IMG/VR virus record: IMGVR_UViG_3300031952_000001
Span: 124,001-188,000 of that record
Length of the DNA: 64,000 bases
Direction: 5' to 3' (one strand)
Positions 8,110 through 18,673 of this stretch are shown here, in pieces; position 1 is the first letter of the stretch; each line of letters begins with the position of its first letter. Both the position numbers and the translations under genes were made by a program. Under the pieces are notes generated by a model. The model was not told the DNA's origin and did no database searches. It saw only the letters and a list, made by a program, of their open reading frames with translations.

Positions 8110-8520
8110 ATGGCGACCAAGATCAACCCCCAGATCAAGATCATCGCGGACACCTACAACCGGAAGATCGACAAGGCCAAGAGCAATCTCGCGCTCGCGG
8201 TGCGGCAGTTGTCCACGGTAGACAAGACCGTCCGGCGCGTCGAGGTGGACCGGGCGACGGGGCAGATCAACGAAGTCGTGCGGCACCTGGCGCACCCGTT
8301 CGAGATCGCCCGCGCCGTCGCGGTCGTGGACCGGTGCAAGGCCGAGGTCGCGGCCCTGGTAGATGCGAGGGACCTGGCGATCATGGGAGTCGAGATCGAC
8401 GCCGAGGCCAAGGGTCGCCGCGAGGCCGCCCGCCGCGCTCGCGACTCGTACACCCTGGCGTGCATCGAGGACGGCACGGACCGCACCGTCGACATGGACG
8501 GGGAGGTGTGCGCCGCGTAA
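8110..8520 (+). CDS. hypothetical early protein
   Basis: Own promoter at 8045; GGAGGTG RBS. Confidence 0.7.
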   Translation: MATKINPQIKIIADTYNRKIDKAKSNLALAVRQLSTVDKTVRRVEVDRATGQINEVVRHLAHPFEIARAVAVVDRCKAEVAALVDARDLAIMGVEIDAEAKGRREAARRARDSYTLACIEDGTDRTVDMDGEVCAA

Positions 8521-8576
8521 CTACACCGGACTACACCGGGGAGATCGGGGACCGCAAACAAGGGGAAGGTGAACCC

Positions 8577-8861
8577 ATGTCACTGGAAATCAGGAACGAG
8601 GAACACTACAACGCAGTCGTGGCCTTCGCCGAGGCGGAGGGGATCGGGGATAAGCTCCGCGAGGTGTTGGACTACCTCGACGGGTACGCCAATCACGACG
8701 CCCGCGAGAAGGGCGAGCCGGACGCCACGATCTGTAAGCTGTTCCCGGATTTCGCTCCGCAGTCGTTCAGTTTCGTCATGGAGAAGGGCGGCCGGTTCTG
8801 GTTCAACGGTGGGGCAATCTTCTACGGTGCCAGCGATCCGAGGTGGGGGGTGCACACGTAG
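8577..8861 (+). CDS. DUF4120-like protein
   Basis: LFPDFAPQSFSF...WFNGGAIFYG...WGVHT matches the recalled DUF4120 pattern DFAPxSFxF..NGGxIxHG..WxxHT. Confidence 0.65.
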   Translation: MSLEIRNEEHYNAVVAFAEAEGIGDKLREVLDYLDGYANHDAREKGEPDATICKLFPDFAPQSFSFVMEKGGRFWFNGGAIFYGASDPRWGVHT

Positions 8862-9318
8862 GCCAACCCTCGCCCAACCTTCGACACCTACAGTCAACCA
8901 CTCCAGACTACCCCAACCTTCGACCCACTCAAAACAAAGATGAGGGGGGAGATCTCCAGGTTGCCAGCTAGGGGCAGGGGGGAAAGGTAGACTAGCTCTT
9001 TCCCTGGTAGTCAAGGGTCAACCTCTCCCCTGGTAGGTGTTCCCCTGGTAGGTAGCAAAGGCCGCTAGTTGTCCCACCAGGGGTTTCCGCAGGTCCATGG
9101 CAACCCTCGCCGAGCCCTCGCCCAAGGTCAACCGGAAACCTGAGATCCCGACAACCCTAGACAAGCCCCCTGGTAGGCTCGCCAGTCGCCTCGAACGAAA
9201 CCCTACCCCTACCAGGGGGGAAGGACAAGGGACCGGCCCACGGCGGCGCTCCGCGAGCCTCGACAAGCCTATAGGAGACGGGCCGGGATCTTGACTACTC
9301 GCCGAGGCTGGAGATATA

Positions 9319-9385
9319 TATGGTCACGGCGTGACCATACATTCCCGTGACCATACATGTATGGTCATGACCATATGTGACCATA
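9319..9385. repeat. TGACCATA direct/inverted repeat cluster (6 copies)
   Basis: Forward copies at 9332, 9348, 9368, 9378; reverse copies (TATGGTCA) at 9319 and 9360. Confidence 0.85.
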
Positions 9386-10703
9386 CCGGGCCGGTGAATC
9401 TCGGCACGAGGGGGAGATCGGGGTGATAGGTAAGAGATCGGGATTATGGGGAAATCTCGGATCGTTTGGATCGGTTAGGGGTAGACGTAGGGGGAGGGGG
9501 GAGATGTAGGCATATAGGGGGGAGGTGGATTGGAGCAGCCCCACGATCACATCATCACCCGACAGAGATCGCGCAATCTTTGCGTACCTCGCAAAAAGGT
9601 CACAACACATGCCACATCCAACCCTCGATCCCGCGATCTCCATCGATCCCGCCTAGAGATCGCGCAACCATCCGTCAACCCTCGATGATCTCCCCCAATC
9701 TCCATCAAGAGTCGGCCGAGATCGGCCAATCTTGGCCTGGTACGGGCCGAGCTTGGCCCTTGTCGGGCCGCCCGGACCTTCGCCGATCTCCGCCCACCTT
9801 GAACCACAATCGATGGACCTGGACACGAGCCCGATGGATCGGCCGGCGCTCGCACATGTTGGTAGAGATTAGCTAATGATTACGGTATGTTAAAGGTGTA
9901 GGGCCAAGGTTGCGCCGAGCATGGGCGGGGATCGGCCGATGGATCGGGGAGGCCGGGGGAGATCGGGGAGGATTGCGGGGGGATTGGGCAATCTCTGCCC
10001 CTGATTGCGCGATCCCCATCGGATCGCGTGCTAGATCGCGCGATCTCGAAAGATCGGGGGCTGCCCCCAATATACACCGACCCTCCCCAACATTCCCAAA
10101 ATCCCATCGGGTCCCATCCTATACCTTACAAATCCTTGAAATCATTGAATAATATTTCCCGAAAATTCCGGGTCCCCTTTTTCCCCTACAACCCTGCCCA
10201 AAAAGGAGCCTGGCTTCTAGATCCGGCCAAGGTTTGGGTCCCCTCCTATGGTACAGGTAGGGTTGCCCGAGCCCGGCCGAACCCTGGGCCGCCAACCCTA
10301 GGCCAACCCTGCTGGAGGAACCCTGGACACCTCAGACGGAACCCCTTGCTGCCGGCGGCCCCTCAAGGTCGACCCCAACCTCCAACCCTTCCAACCTTCC
10401 CAACCCTTCCCAAGACTACCCCAACCCCAGGGCAAGGCAGGGTTGGACCTTCAGCAACCCTTCAGCTGAACCTTGAACCAAAGGTACCCGGGGTTGGGCC
10501 CCCAGGGGAAAATAGGGATCGCGATCTCGGTCTGGAGGGATCGGTGGAGGGTTGCCGAGTCGAACCCTACGTTGAGGTAACCTTACAAGGGTTGGAGGTA
10601 AGTATAGGTTCGAGGGTTGAAGGGAGGGTTGCCGAGGGTTGAGGAACCCGGGGACCTCAGGCCCCCTCAAGGTTGGAACCTTGGGATCGTGCGATCTACA
10701 GGG

Positions 10704-10735
10704 TTGACCTTGGGAAGGTGGCTGTGTTATATATT
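10704..10735 (+). promoter_or_regulatory. sigma70-type promoter (class 2)
   Basis: TTGACC-18-TATATA(TT), upstream of the gene at 10756. Confidence 0.6.
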
Positions 10736-10755
10736 CAGCCACGGGAGGTGTTACC

Positions 10756-11181
10756 TTGAGACGCACTATGAAGCAAAAGCTGATCGGCTGCAAAGATGGA
10801 GCTGCAAAAGAGATCGAGAGGCTTCTGGCCCGCATGGAGGAGCTGAGGGCTTTGATAATCATGGTTGACGGAATCCTGGAGGGGGAGAAACCCCTGGAAG
10901 ACGACCCTCGTGCGCACCTCAGGGCGTCCAGGGGATCTGGGAGGATCAACGACCTGCTTCTGGCGGCGTGCGTTGATTGGAAGACGATCAACGAACTCAT
11001 GGAGGTGGTCCCTGAGCTGCAAGGGAGACACCCCGCGGGGATCAGCACGCGGTGCCGCCTTCTGTGGCTGGGTGGGCTCCTGGAGCGCCGATCCGCCGTT
11101 CCTTGTCCTCCCGGGAGGTACCCTCGCAAGGGGAGGGCGGGGTACACGTACAAAACGTTGAAGACCGCTCTCAGAGAATGA
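10756..11181 (+). CDS. coiled-coil + winged-helix DNA-binding protein (paralog 1 of 3)
   Basis: ACVDWKTINEL...ISTRCRLLWLGGLLERR is shared with the ORFs at 12936 and 19729; TTG start after GGAGGTG. Confidence 0.7.
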   Translation: MRRTMKQKLIGCKDGAAKEIERLLARMEELRALIIMVDGILEGEKPLEDDPRAHLRASRGSGRINDLLLAACVDWKTINELMEVVPELQGRHPAGISTRCRLLWLGGLLERRSAVPCPPGRYPRKGRAGYTYKTLKTALRE

Positions 11182-11204
11182 GGGCGTGTAGGAGGAGCAA
11201 GAGG

Positions 11205-11591
11205 ATGCAGGAGTTCGACCCATCGAAGATCGAAGATGTTCTCGATCCCGTTACGGGCGAGGTGGTGGCCCGATGTCGAGTTCTACGGTGTACCATTTGC
11301 GGCAGGAGGGAGTTTTACCCTCGTCGCATCCGGTGGGAGGGCTCTGTTGCTCACTGCCCGAACCCACGTTGTAGTGGTGCTGGAATAAACATTGATCTGC
11401 GTCCGAAGGCTACCCTGTACCACCGTGAACGTCCTCCGAAGCAGATCAAGAGGGTCGAGGTGAGGTGCACCAACTGCCTCAAGGTCTGGGGAGCCAACGC
11501 GAAAAAAGGAATCCCACTCCGATGTGATTTCTGTGGGGTCATGGGTGTAGTTGAGAAGGTCTCTCAAGAGCCCTCTGAGCAGGGCGCATAG
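11205..11591 (+). CDS. double zinc-ribbon protein
   Basis: CTICG, CPNPRC, CTNC, CDFCG. Confidence 0.65.
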   Translation: MQEFDPSKIEDVLDPVTGEVVARCRVLRCTICGRREFYPRRIRWEGSVAHCPNPRCSGAGINIDLRPKATLYHRERPPKQIKRVEVRCTNCLKVWGANAKKGIPLRCDFCGVMGVVEKVSQEPSEQGA

Positions 11592-12463
11592 AAAGAGGAG
11601 CAAGAGGATGCCGAGCAAGAAGAGGAAGCTGATCAAGACGACCGGGGAGCCCCTGGAGCAGCCGAAGGTTCTCTCCCAAGAGGAGATCAATGCGTTGAAC
11701 CTGGAGACCCTGGACTACCTGGTGGCACGCCTGCACGAGTACCGGAGACGGGAGGACATGTCGAAGATCTCCGTGTCCGTGTCGGAGACCCGGCCGATCA
11801 AGCCGGTGTACCCTCAGGAGGGTGGAGACCACATCGGGTACGTCCAGAAGGGGCCGCGGGTCCTGACCATCGTGATCCAGGACTTCGAACACGACGGGCA
11901 CATCCGCGCCGCGGGGGAGGCCTGGTGAGCGTCATGAACGACACGAACCCTGTGCTGACCATCATCGCGCCCCTGTTCGGAAACCCCTTCGCAACGAGCC
12001 TGGCGCTCGCTCGGGCATGGTTCGAGCGAGCCTACCCGACCGACACGCCCCAGCAGGTGTACGTCACCGTCCGGAGGATCCCATGAAGAAGGTGAACTAC
12101 AGCGATCCTACCCCGTGGACCTGGGAGGAGATCGCGAAGCTGAACGGGCCGGCGTACTCGGAGTTCCTGGAGGTGTATGGGGACCGGGGCAAGGTCGCGA
12201 TGGTGATCGCCGAGACCATCGAGGACGGCAGGTACGCGATCTACGACAGGGACTACTGCAACTGGGGAGGATGCCACTTCTGCCCTCTGTGGGCCCCGGA
12301 AGGGAGTGAGTGGTTCTCCCGGGAAGAGCATCAGAAGTATGCCTTCGCATACTGCTTGGAGTTGTCCTTGATCGTCTACACCCGCATGGTCAAGAAGCTC
12401 GGTCGACTGCCCGCATGAGGCCGGGGTAGGGTTCAAGGGTAGACAGACAGGCGACTCGTAGGC

Positions 12464-12856
12464 CTATTCGAGATCTTTGAGGCTTACCCGGGCGGAGAAC
12501 TTCTCAAGGGTCTTTCCGTCGTCTCCGCACAGGTAGGCCTCCTCGTCGAAGTAGACGAAGCGGACCTGGCTGTCCTTCAGGGTCACGATCAGCTGCGCCA
12601 GGTTGATTTTGACTACCCCGCCCTCCTCAGCTTTCAGGTGTGTCCTCATGCTGAAGATCTTCACATGCTCGCTGGCAGGAGGGATACCGTCTGGGGCTGT
12701 TCGACCAAGGAGTTTCAAATCGAAGTTGCCGTTGAAGATCGCGACAGGGGTGAACCTGACTTCAGCCACATCTCCGAGGATGTAAGATCCTTGATCCGGT
12801 ACAAAGTCCGGATCTCCGAGCCTCTCTGTGGGGGTGTACATGACTTTTAGAAACAT
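12464..12856 (-). CDS. phage hypothetical protein
   Basis: Clean ORF; C-terminal AYLCGDDGKTLE motif. Confidence 0.7.
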   Translation of the reverse strand: MFLKVMYTPTERLGDPDFVPDQGSYILGDVAEVRFTPVAIFNGNFDLKLLGRTAPDGIPPASEHVKIFSMRTHLKAEEGGVVKINLAQLIVTLKDSQVRFVYFDEEAYLCGDDGKTLEKFSARVSLKDLE

Positions 12857-12935
12857 TGGATGCCTCTCTTTCTGTCTTCTGTTTTCGAACTACCTGTCTG
12901 TCTGAGGAAGAGGATACCGCCGGCCTCGGGAGCTG

Positions 12936-13595
12936 TCAAGAGGGCTTGCGACGGTATCGGTGCTCTCGGGGGGCTCCCTGACGCTTCAAGGGGACGTCCT
13001 CCCGCTCCAGGAAGCCCTTGTCTAGGAGCCTTATGAGGTACGGTCTGAAGTTGGCGTGGCAGACCACCGAGAATCCCGGGATCAGCTTCTTCAGATCGTG
13101 GATAGTGTACCAGGTGTCGTGCTCTTCGAACCATTGGCGGAGGATCTTCTCGAAGTCGCCATAGCTTCGACGAGGTATCCTTCCGGACCAGAAGGCAGGC
13201 CCTGCGTTCAGGGATCGGTACTCGTACTCCTGGTGATTGAGAGGGTTGTGGGGCGGGAGGGCGACTTGGCGGCGTTCCAGGCACCCACGCACCCACAAGT
13301 CTCGGCACCTGGTGCTGATGTTCGATTTTGAGAGGTTCCCGAATTTCTGGAGGTCGGAGAGCTGGCGGACAGTCTTCCAGGATTGACAGGCGGTGAAGAT
13401 CTTCTGATCAGTACCTCTAGGTGCCGGCTTTTCGGAATTCTCTCCAAACGGTGCGTCCGTCTCCTTGGAAGGTGTCAGGATGTCGTCCAAGGTCTTGATC
13501 ACACCCCTCAAAACGGCGACCCGGAGTTCGAGTGCTTCCAGCTCCTGGAGGGTTTCGTCTCGGTACCTTCTGGTCTTGTCGTCCAGGGATTCCAA
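12936..13595 (-). CDS. coiled-coil + tandem winged-helix protein (paralog 2 of 3)
   Basis: TRRYRDETL; ACQSWKTVRQL...NISTRCRDLWVRGCLERR; second wHTH-like unit YTIHDL...LIRLLDKGFLERE. Confidence 0.7.
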   Translation of the reverse strand: MESLDDKTRRYRDETLQELEALELRVAVLRGVIKTLDDILTPSKETDAPFGENSEKPAPRGTDQKIFTACQSWKTVRQLSDLQKFGNLSKSNISTRCRDLWVRGCLERRQVALPPHNPLNHQEYEYRSLNAGPAFWSGRIPRRSYGDFEKILRQWFEEHDTWYTIHDLKKLIPGFSVVCHANFRPYLIRLLDKGFLEREDVPLKRQGAPREHRYRRKPS

Positions 13596-13598
13596 TGT

Positions 13599-14594
13599 TC
13601 AGCCCTTGGTCTCGGTGGGGTTCATGAGATCGCCGACGAATTCGTAGACAGCCCCGAACCCGTGTCGCTCGATGCAGAACTTCTGGACCTTGTCCGCGAA
13701 CGCCTGCACGGCCTCCTTGCTGGCGGCGGCGAGGAACGCTGCCTGCGCCACCCGCCACTGCTCGCACGCCTCCCCGTCCAGCTCCGCGAGGAGCTTCTCG
13801 GCCTGCTTGAGCGCTTCCTGTATCCACTCGGGGGAGATCTTCTCGGGCGTCGAGATCTTGCCGGCGAGGTAGACCATCGCAGCGCTCGCCCACCGTTCGG
13901 CGTGACGACCTTGGATGGCCTCGACCTCCGCGGCCTTGAGTTTCTCTTGGGTCTTCTCCAGCTCGGCGTGAAGCCTCGACCGGTCCTGCTGCAAGGTCTG
14001 CTCTATGCGGAACGAGGGGCAACCGTCGCAGCCGCCGTTCTCCATCTTCCTCACCTGCTCCCGAGCAGCGCAAGTCGGGTTGCCGTGGGCATCCCCGAGC
14101 AGGTGCTCGCAGATGCCGGCAGACAGCTTGGAGCACTCTTCTTCCAGCCTTCCGCACTCCTCCCCCAGGTTCCCGTTCTCGGCCTCGGAGTCGTCGAAGC
14201 GCTCGGTCAGCTTCTCCAGCTCGACGTCGAGCCGGGCGAGGTGTCCCTCGTGGTTCAGCACCAGCGCTCCGGCCTCCGCCAGTGCCAGGTCCTTGTCGCG
14301 GAGGGCTGCTTCGAGCTGGGAGATCCTCTCACGAGGACCCTCGAACTCGGCCCTGCGCCGCTCCAGCTCCTCCAGCGGGGCCGGCGAGTTGCGGACCTCC
14401 GGCTTGCTCCACGGAGAGTCCCTCCATTTCAGGCAGGAGAGCACGGCCAGAGCCTCGGCCGGGTCGAGGCCCCCGCGGCAGGCGAGGTCCTCCAGGGACT
14501 GGTCGTGGTTCGTCAGGGCCTGTCCCTCGTAGGGGGCGATCATCTCCCAAGGGATCGACGGACCGCTCATGATCGGGAATCTCTTCGGTGTCAC
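13599..14594 (-). CDS. coiled-coil phage hypothetical protein
   Basis: N-terminal IPWxMIAP..QALTNHDQSLEDLACRGGL motif plus heptad-rich region; GTG start after GGAGG. Confidence 0.7.
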   Translation of the reverse strand: MTPKRFPIMSGPSIPWEMIAPYEGQALTNHDQSLEDLACRGGLDPAEALAVLSCLKWRDSPWSKPEVRNSPAPLEELERRRAEFEGPRERISQLEAALRDKDLALAEAGALVLNHEGHLARLDVELEKLTERFDDSEAENGNLGEECGRLEEECSKLSAGICEHLLGDAHGNPTCAAREQVRKMENGGCDGCPSFRIEQTLQQDRSRLHAELEKTQEKLKAAEVEAIQGRHAERWASAAMVYLAGKISTPEKISPEWIQEALKQAEKLLAELDGEACEQWRVAQAAFLAAASKEAVQAFADKVQKFCIERHGFGAVYEFVGDLMNPTETKG

Positions 14595-15802
14595 TTCGGG
14601 ACCTCCTTCCAGTCTCTCCACTGCAACGACCAGCCCTGCTCGTGACCGAACTTCCCGTCCTTGAGCACGGTCCTCGCCAGGACCATCTCGACACCGATGG
14701 CGGTGATCTCGATGGTGTCCGTGTATCCCCAGCCGTCTGTCGACTCAGCTCCAACCAGCCGAGTCCCAACCACCCAGCCTTTCCGCCGGCAGATGTCGGC
14801 GTCGGTCTCGGTTCGTACCTTCATTGAGAAGCCCATCGTTCAGTCCTTCCTGGTCTCAGTGCGGTTCACAGAAACCCCATAAACCATGAGATCACCAGCC
14901 CCGCCAAACTCGCGCCCACACAGAGACCCGAAACGACGGCGATGGCGACTATCGTGTCTTTTGATTCCTGTTTCACTGTGCCTCATCCTCCTCGTCCACG
15001 ATCTGCGCGGGAAGGGAGGCGCGCAGCCGCGTCTCAGGATTTATGAACATTTCCTCTTGCAACGCCGCGATCCAGCCGACCACAGCACCCATTTCACACC
15101 GGAGTCGGGCCGTGCGCGTAATCTCCTTTGCCTTCCGAGCTTTTCCGATGCAACGTTCCATCTCATCGTGTACCAGTCTCGTCATCTCCCTAGCGCCCGC
15201 TGCGAACGCCGCGTCCCGCTCTGCCAGCATCTCCTCGAAGTACGCGACCAGCGCGAGGCGGGCGGCATCTTCTGTTTCGTCGTCCTCCTCGAAACAGGTT
15301 CTCCGAAATTCATCCAGCAGCTCCTCGAACCGTGCGTCAGTCATTTCGGCACCTCCTCGTTCGGAAAATCTCGGCGGCAGGCGGCGCAGCGGGTGGGCCA
15401 CGTCTGTGCGCTCTCTCGCCTCAGTCGCTTATCGTACCGGGAGCAATAGAACCCATGTGCCAGCTCCAGATGTCCGTGGTGCCACATGGTCAGCAGATGG
15501 CACCTCTCCCCATCGATGCACTTCGGGCGCTCGGCGGTCATCGGGGGCCTCCCTTGCGTCGTTCGATTTCGTAAAGCGTGCACGCGCTGGCATTCGCTCC
15601 GGTGCAGGTGATGAAGCAGTTCTTGGCGCAACTGCAACCACCCTTGTAGTGGCGACAATGAGAGCAGATGAAGAACTCCCAACCGCAGGCGGCCTGTATC
15701 TGCATCACTCCCTCGATTCCGGGTGATGGCATCGAACCTGTCATGTTGGGCTGCGCGTAGTAAATGCGGGAGCCGTATACAACGTGTGGACCGTACTGGA
15801 CG

Positions 15803-16099
15803 TCAGTCATCGCCCTCCCCCTTCGTCACCGGCGGCGCGATGAACAGGTGAAAAACGAGCGCGCCGTTTTCCATCATGAAAGTTCCGACGTGCCGATACT
15901 CGAAGACCTTGTCGTAAATCGGGTGTCCAGTTCCCGCGAGGTGAAACTTTCGAACCTCATCTACGGCGTTCGGATCAACGAGTGCCCAGATGCACGGCTG
16001 CCCGCGTTGCACGTCCACGTGCAGGATGCGTGCCCCTGTCGGTATGAGAATTTCAAAGTCGTCCAGAATCTGGAACGTGTACTTGTAAACGGTCTTCAC
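15803..16099 (-). CDS. conserved-looking phage hypothetical protein (DUF7352-like)
   Basis: KTVYKY...PTGARILHV..QRGQPCIWALVD...GTGHP...HVGTF...LVFHLF; family name recalled, not searched. Confidence 0.65.
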   Translation of the reverse strand: MKTVYKYTFQILDDFEILIPTGARILHVDVQRGQPCIWALVDPNAVDEVRKFHLAGTGHPIYDKVFEYRHVGTFMMENGALVFHLFIAPPVTKGEGDD

Positions 16100-16883
16100 T
16101 TCGTCCCTCCTCTCGGCGGCGCGGAGATCGGCACGGGCCACCACCGAGAGAATTCGTGAACGTGGTGCGGACGCTCGTCTCCCGACTTGAGCACAGTGTC
16201 GCTGGCGATGTAGAAAACGATCTGCGGTGTCAACGTCTCGATCTGAACCCACCACCACGTATCCGTCTCCTTCGGTGCCTCCGTCGTCCACTTCACCTCC
16301 GGTCCAGGCACGGCGTCGGCGGCGGCGAGCGCCTTGATAGCATCGCTCAATCCGAACATCGCCTCGATCATGGTGGGGTGTTTGTCGAACCAGATCTTGT
16401 CGCGGTCGATGTTGATGTCAACGTGCGCCATCGTGTCCCACGCGACCTTGAACGCCTTCCGAACCCGCTCCACCCTCTCCTCCTCCGTCCCCTGCCCGTG
16501 GCCGGGCGCGCGGAGGGTAATGTCCGTGCTGTTGACGCATTCGCCCGGCTGCGCCTCGCGCATCTGGTAACTAGACTCGAATTCCTCCGGGTGCGGCGTG
16601 CGTGCGCTCAACGCCATCTCGCTCATCGCTACGTCCACCGGGTGCGGCTTCTGTGTCGAGTTCATCTCAACCCTCCTCTTTCTGTCCATCTCCCGTTGCA
16701 AGCACCGTGCCGGGCGCGAGCTTGAGTTCGGCGATCTGTTCCCTTAATTCGGTCACGACTTCCAGGTGCCTGAACGCCCGGTCGAAACTGCGCCCGATGA
16801 CGACGACGAGAACCGCCGCCATGATGCAGAATTCGGTTATGACTACGACCGCGAACGTGTCGAATGTTACGTACTCAGGCATC

Positions 16884-17348
16884 TCAGCCTCCCTTCGGTT
16901 CTTCCCCCGTGCCGGGCGCGAGGGAGGATTTCGCGAGTTCCTTGTCCGCGCACGGCAGACACGTCACGGCCCGCTTGTCGCAATCGCTGAATGCCTTGCC
17001 GCAGATGCAGCAAATGTTTTTGTAGTGTCCCGGTGCCCATCCGCAGTGGGGTTCCGGTGTCGGCGTGCCGGGCGCGAGGGAGGAGGCGAACTCGGAAAGA
17101 AATATTGGAACGCACCGCCTCACCGTGATGGAATCATACTGCTCTGCACCATCAGCCATCAGCCACTCCGCGAACCTCCGCGCGCCCTCCTCCACGCCCG
17201 CAGCGTGGCCGAGTAGGTAGCCAGCGACGAACACACCCGACGCCTGCAACACCCCGTCGTCGTCACGTGGGCAATCACCGGACACCTCTGATTCCGACAA
17301 TTCCCATTCCTTCGCCGCCGCAGCGGATTGAGCGCGTAGGTTAGTCAT
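16884..17348 (-). CDS. Cys-rich phage hypothetical protein
   Basis: GWAPGHYKNICCICGKAFSDCDKRAVTCLPCA zinc-finger-like motif. Confidence 0.6.
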   Translation of the reverse strand: MTNLRAQSAAAAKEWELSESEVSGDCPRDDDGVLQASGVFVAGYLLGHAAGVEEGARRFAEWLMADGAEQYDSITVRRCVPIFLSEFASSLAPGTPTPEPHCGWAPGHYKNICCICGKAFSDCDKRAVTCLPCADKELAKSSLAPGTGEEPKGG

Positions 17349-18673
17349 GGGGTCCTCCACACACCGCGCGGTGGCAATTCGTTGACATCGATGAAATCTT
17401 CGCAGTCGTCTTCGCACAGAGGCGGTGCAGAAAACCACGACTGCCACGAGGTGCTTTCGACAACGTAGCGATAGCACTTCTCCTTACGCGGACACCCGAT
17501 GCCGTCGCATTTCACAGAATCAGCGGGATTCACCTGCTGTCGCCAGTATTCCGCGAGATCACACGACCCGTCCGCAGGGTCGCGGCAGATGCAGATGAAC
17601 TCGGGTCCATCGGGGCAGATCTGCTTGTCGCAATGGCCGGTGGCGCAGTGAATCCAAGTACCCCCGCCCTCCCGCAGCCTATCCCGCTCGGCCTCCGCCT
17701 TCTCCGCCCGTGCCAGGGCGGCGTCTCGCTCGGATTCAACTGCCTCCAGTTTGTCGTACCATTCCCGGTCGGCTTTCTGTACCCATCGCTCCGCCTTCTC
17801 CGCGCGTGCCAGGGCGGCGGTGAGGGAAGTGCGAAGATTGATGCACTCCCGCACCACACGTTTTATCGCTACACAGTAGTCCTCAGTGTCGCCGAGATCG
17901 GGTATTTCACATACCGCACTTTCGAGATCATAATAGCTGTTTCGATTGCGTTCCAACTTGGCCACATTCTCCCGCAACTCCGCCTCGATCTTCTGTCCAT
18001 ACATCACATTGGCGGTCGCGATGTCCGCCCTCCCCCGCTCCGCTTCGAGAGCGGCTTCAAGCCTCTCTATCTCCGCCTGCGCTTCCAACTCGACCACGGT
18101 GTGCGACCGCGTGAGTTCCGCTAGCGCCGCGTCGTGCTCGGTGCGCTCCGCTTCGAGCGCAGCTTCCAGGCTCTCGATCTTGTCCAGCGCCACGTTCCCC
18201 ATCGCAAACGACTCCCGCTGGCGTAGGTGGGCGACCTCGGCTTCGATGGCGGCGATCCGCCTGCGTGCCAGGTCGTAAAAATCCAGTACCTCGGCGAGCC
18301 GTTTCCGCAAGGCGGCCTCGGTCGATTCGAGGGCGGCGATCCTCACCCGCCCCCCAGCGCAATCCGCGTGCAACGCGATCATCTCCGCGTGCAGCTCCGA
18401 TTTCTCTGCTTCAAGGGTGGTGATCCGCTTCTGCGCGGCATCCAGTATCTTGGCGGCGTGCGGCGGCAGAGGTAGGTAGGGAGAGTTATCAGGGTGACAG
18501 CCCCCGCGCGGCTCCGCGTCCAAGAGCTTGCACTCTTCGTCCGTCAGCTGGTCCCACAGCACGTCCAGCTGATCCAGGATCGCGTCTTCCTGCTCGGGGG
18601 TCACCTTGCAGGTGTCGAGCCCGTCGGAGAGGTAGTCTCGCAGCTCCTTGTACTTTTCGAGGGCTTCGCTCAT
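17345..18673 (-). CDS. long coiled-coil protein with C-terminal Cys-rich domain
   Basis: Heptad repeats (AALARAEKAE twice); CDGIGCPRKEKCYRY...CEDF. Confidence 0.65.
   Translation of the reverse strand: MSEALEKYKELRDYLSDGLDTCKVTPEQEDAILDQLDVLWDQLTDEECKLLDAEPRGGCHPDNSPYLPLPPHAAKILDAAQKRITTLEAEKSELHAEMIALHADCAGGRVRIAALESTEAALRKRLAEVLDFYDLARRRIAAIEAEVAHLRQRESFAMGNVALDKIESLEAALEAERTEHDAALAELTRSHTVVELEAQAEIERLEAALEAERGRADIATANVMYGQKIEAELRENVAKLERNRNSYYDLESAVCEIPDLGDTEDYCVAIKRVVRECINLRTSLTAALARAEKAERWVQKADREWYDKLEAVESERDAALARAEKAEAERDRLREGGGTWIHCATGHCDKQICPDGPEFICICRDPADGSCDLAEYWRQQVNPADSVKCDGIGCPRKEKCYRYVVESTSWQSWFSAPPLCEDDCEDFIDVNELPPRGVWRTP

Larger units (their letters stand above)
8862..10740. 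other. Non-coding repeat-rich block (candidate origin, terminus or injection-control region)
   Basis: No credible ORFs; CAACC(C)T/AGGGTTG-rich flanks; about 20 GATC sites in 9410-10060; AT-rich patch at 10120-10170. Confidence 0.55.

Noticed and set aside
9018-10642. ORFs called in the 9-10.6 kb block (e.g. 10028-10642, 9466-9876)
   Set aside because: Low-complexity P/G/R/S translations with no RBS; they arise from the DNA repeats.
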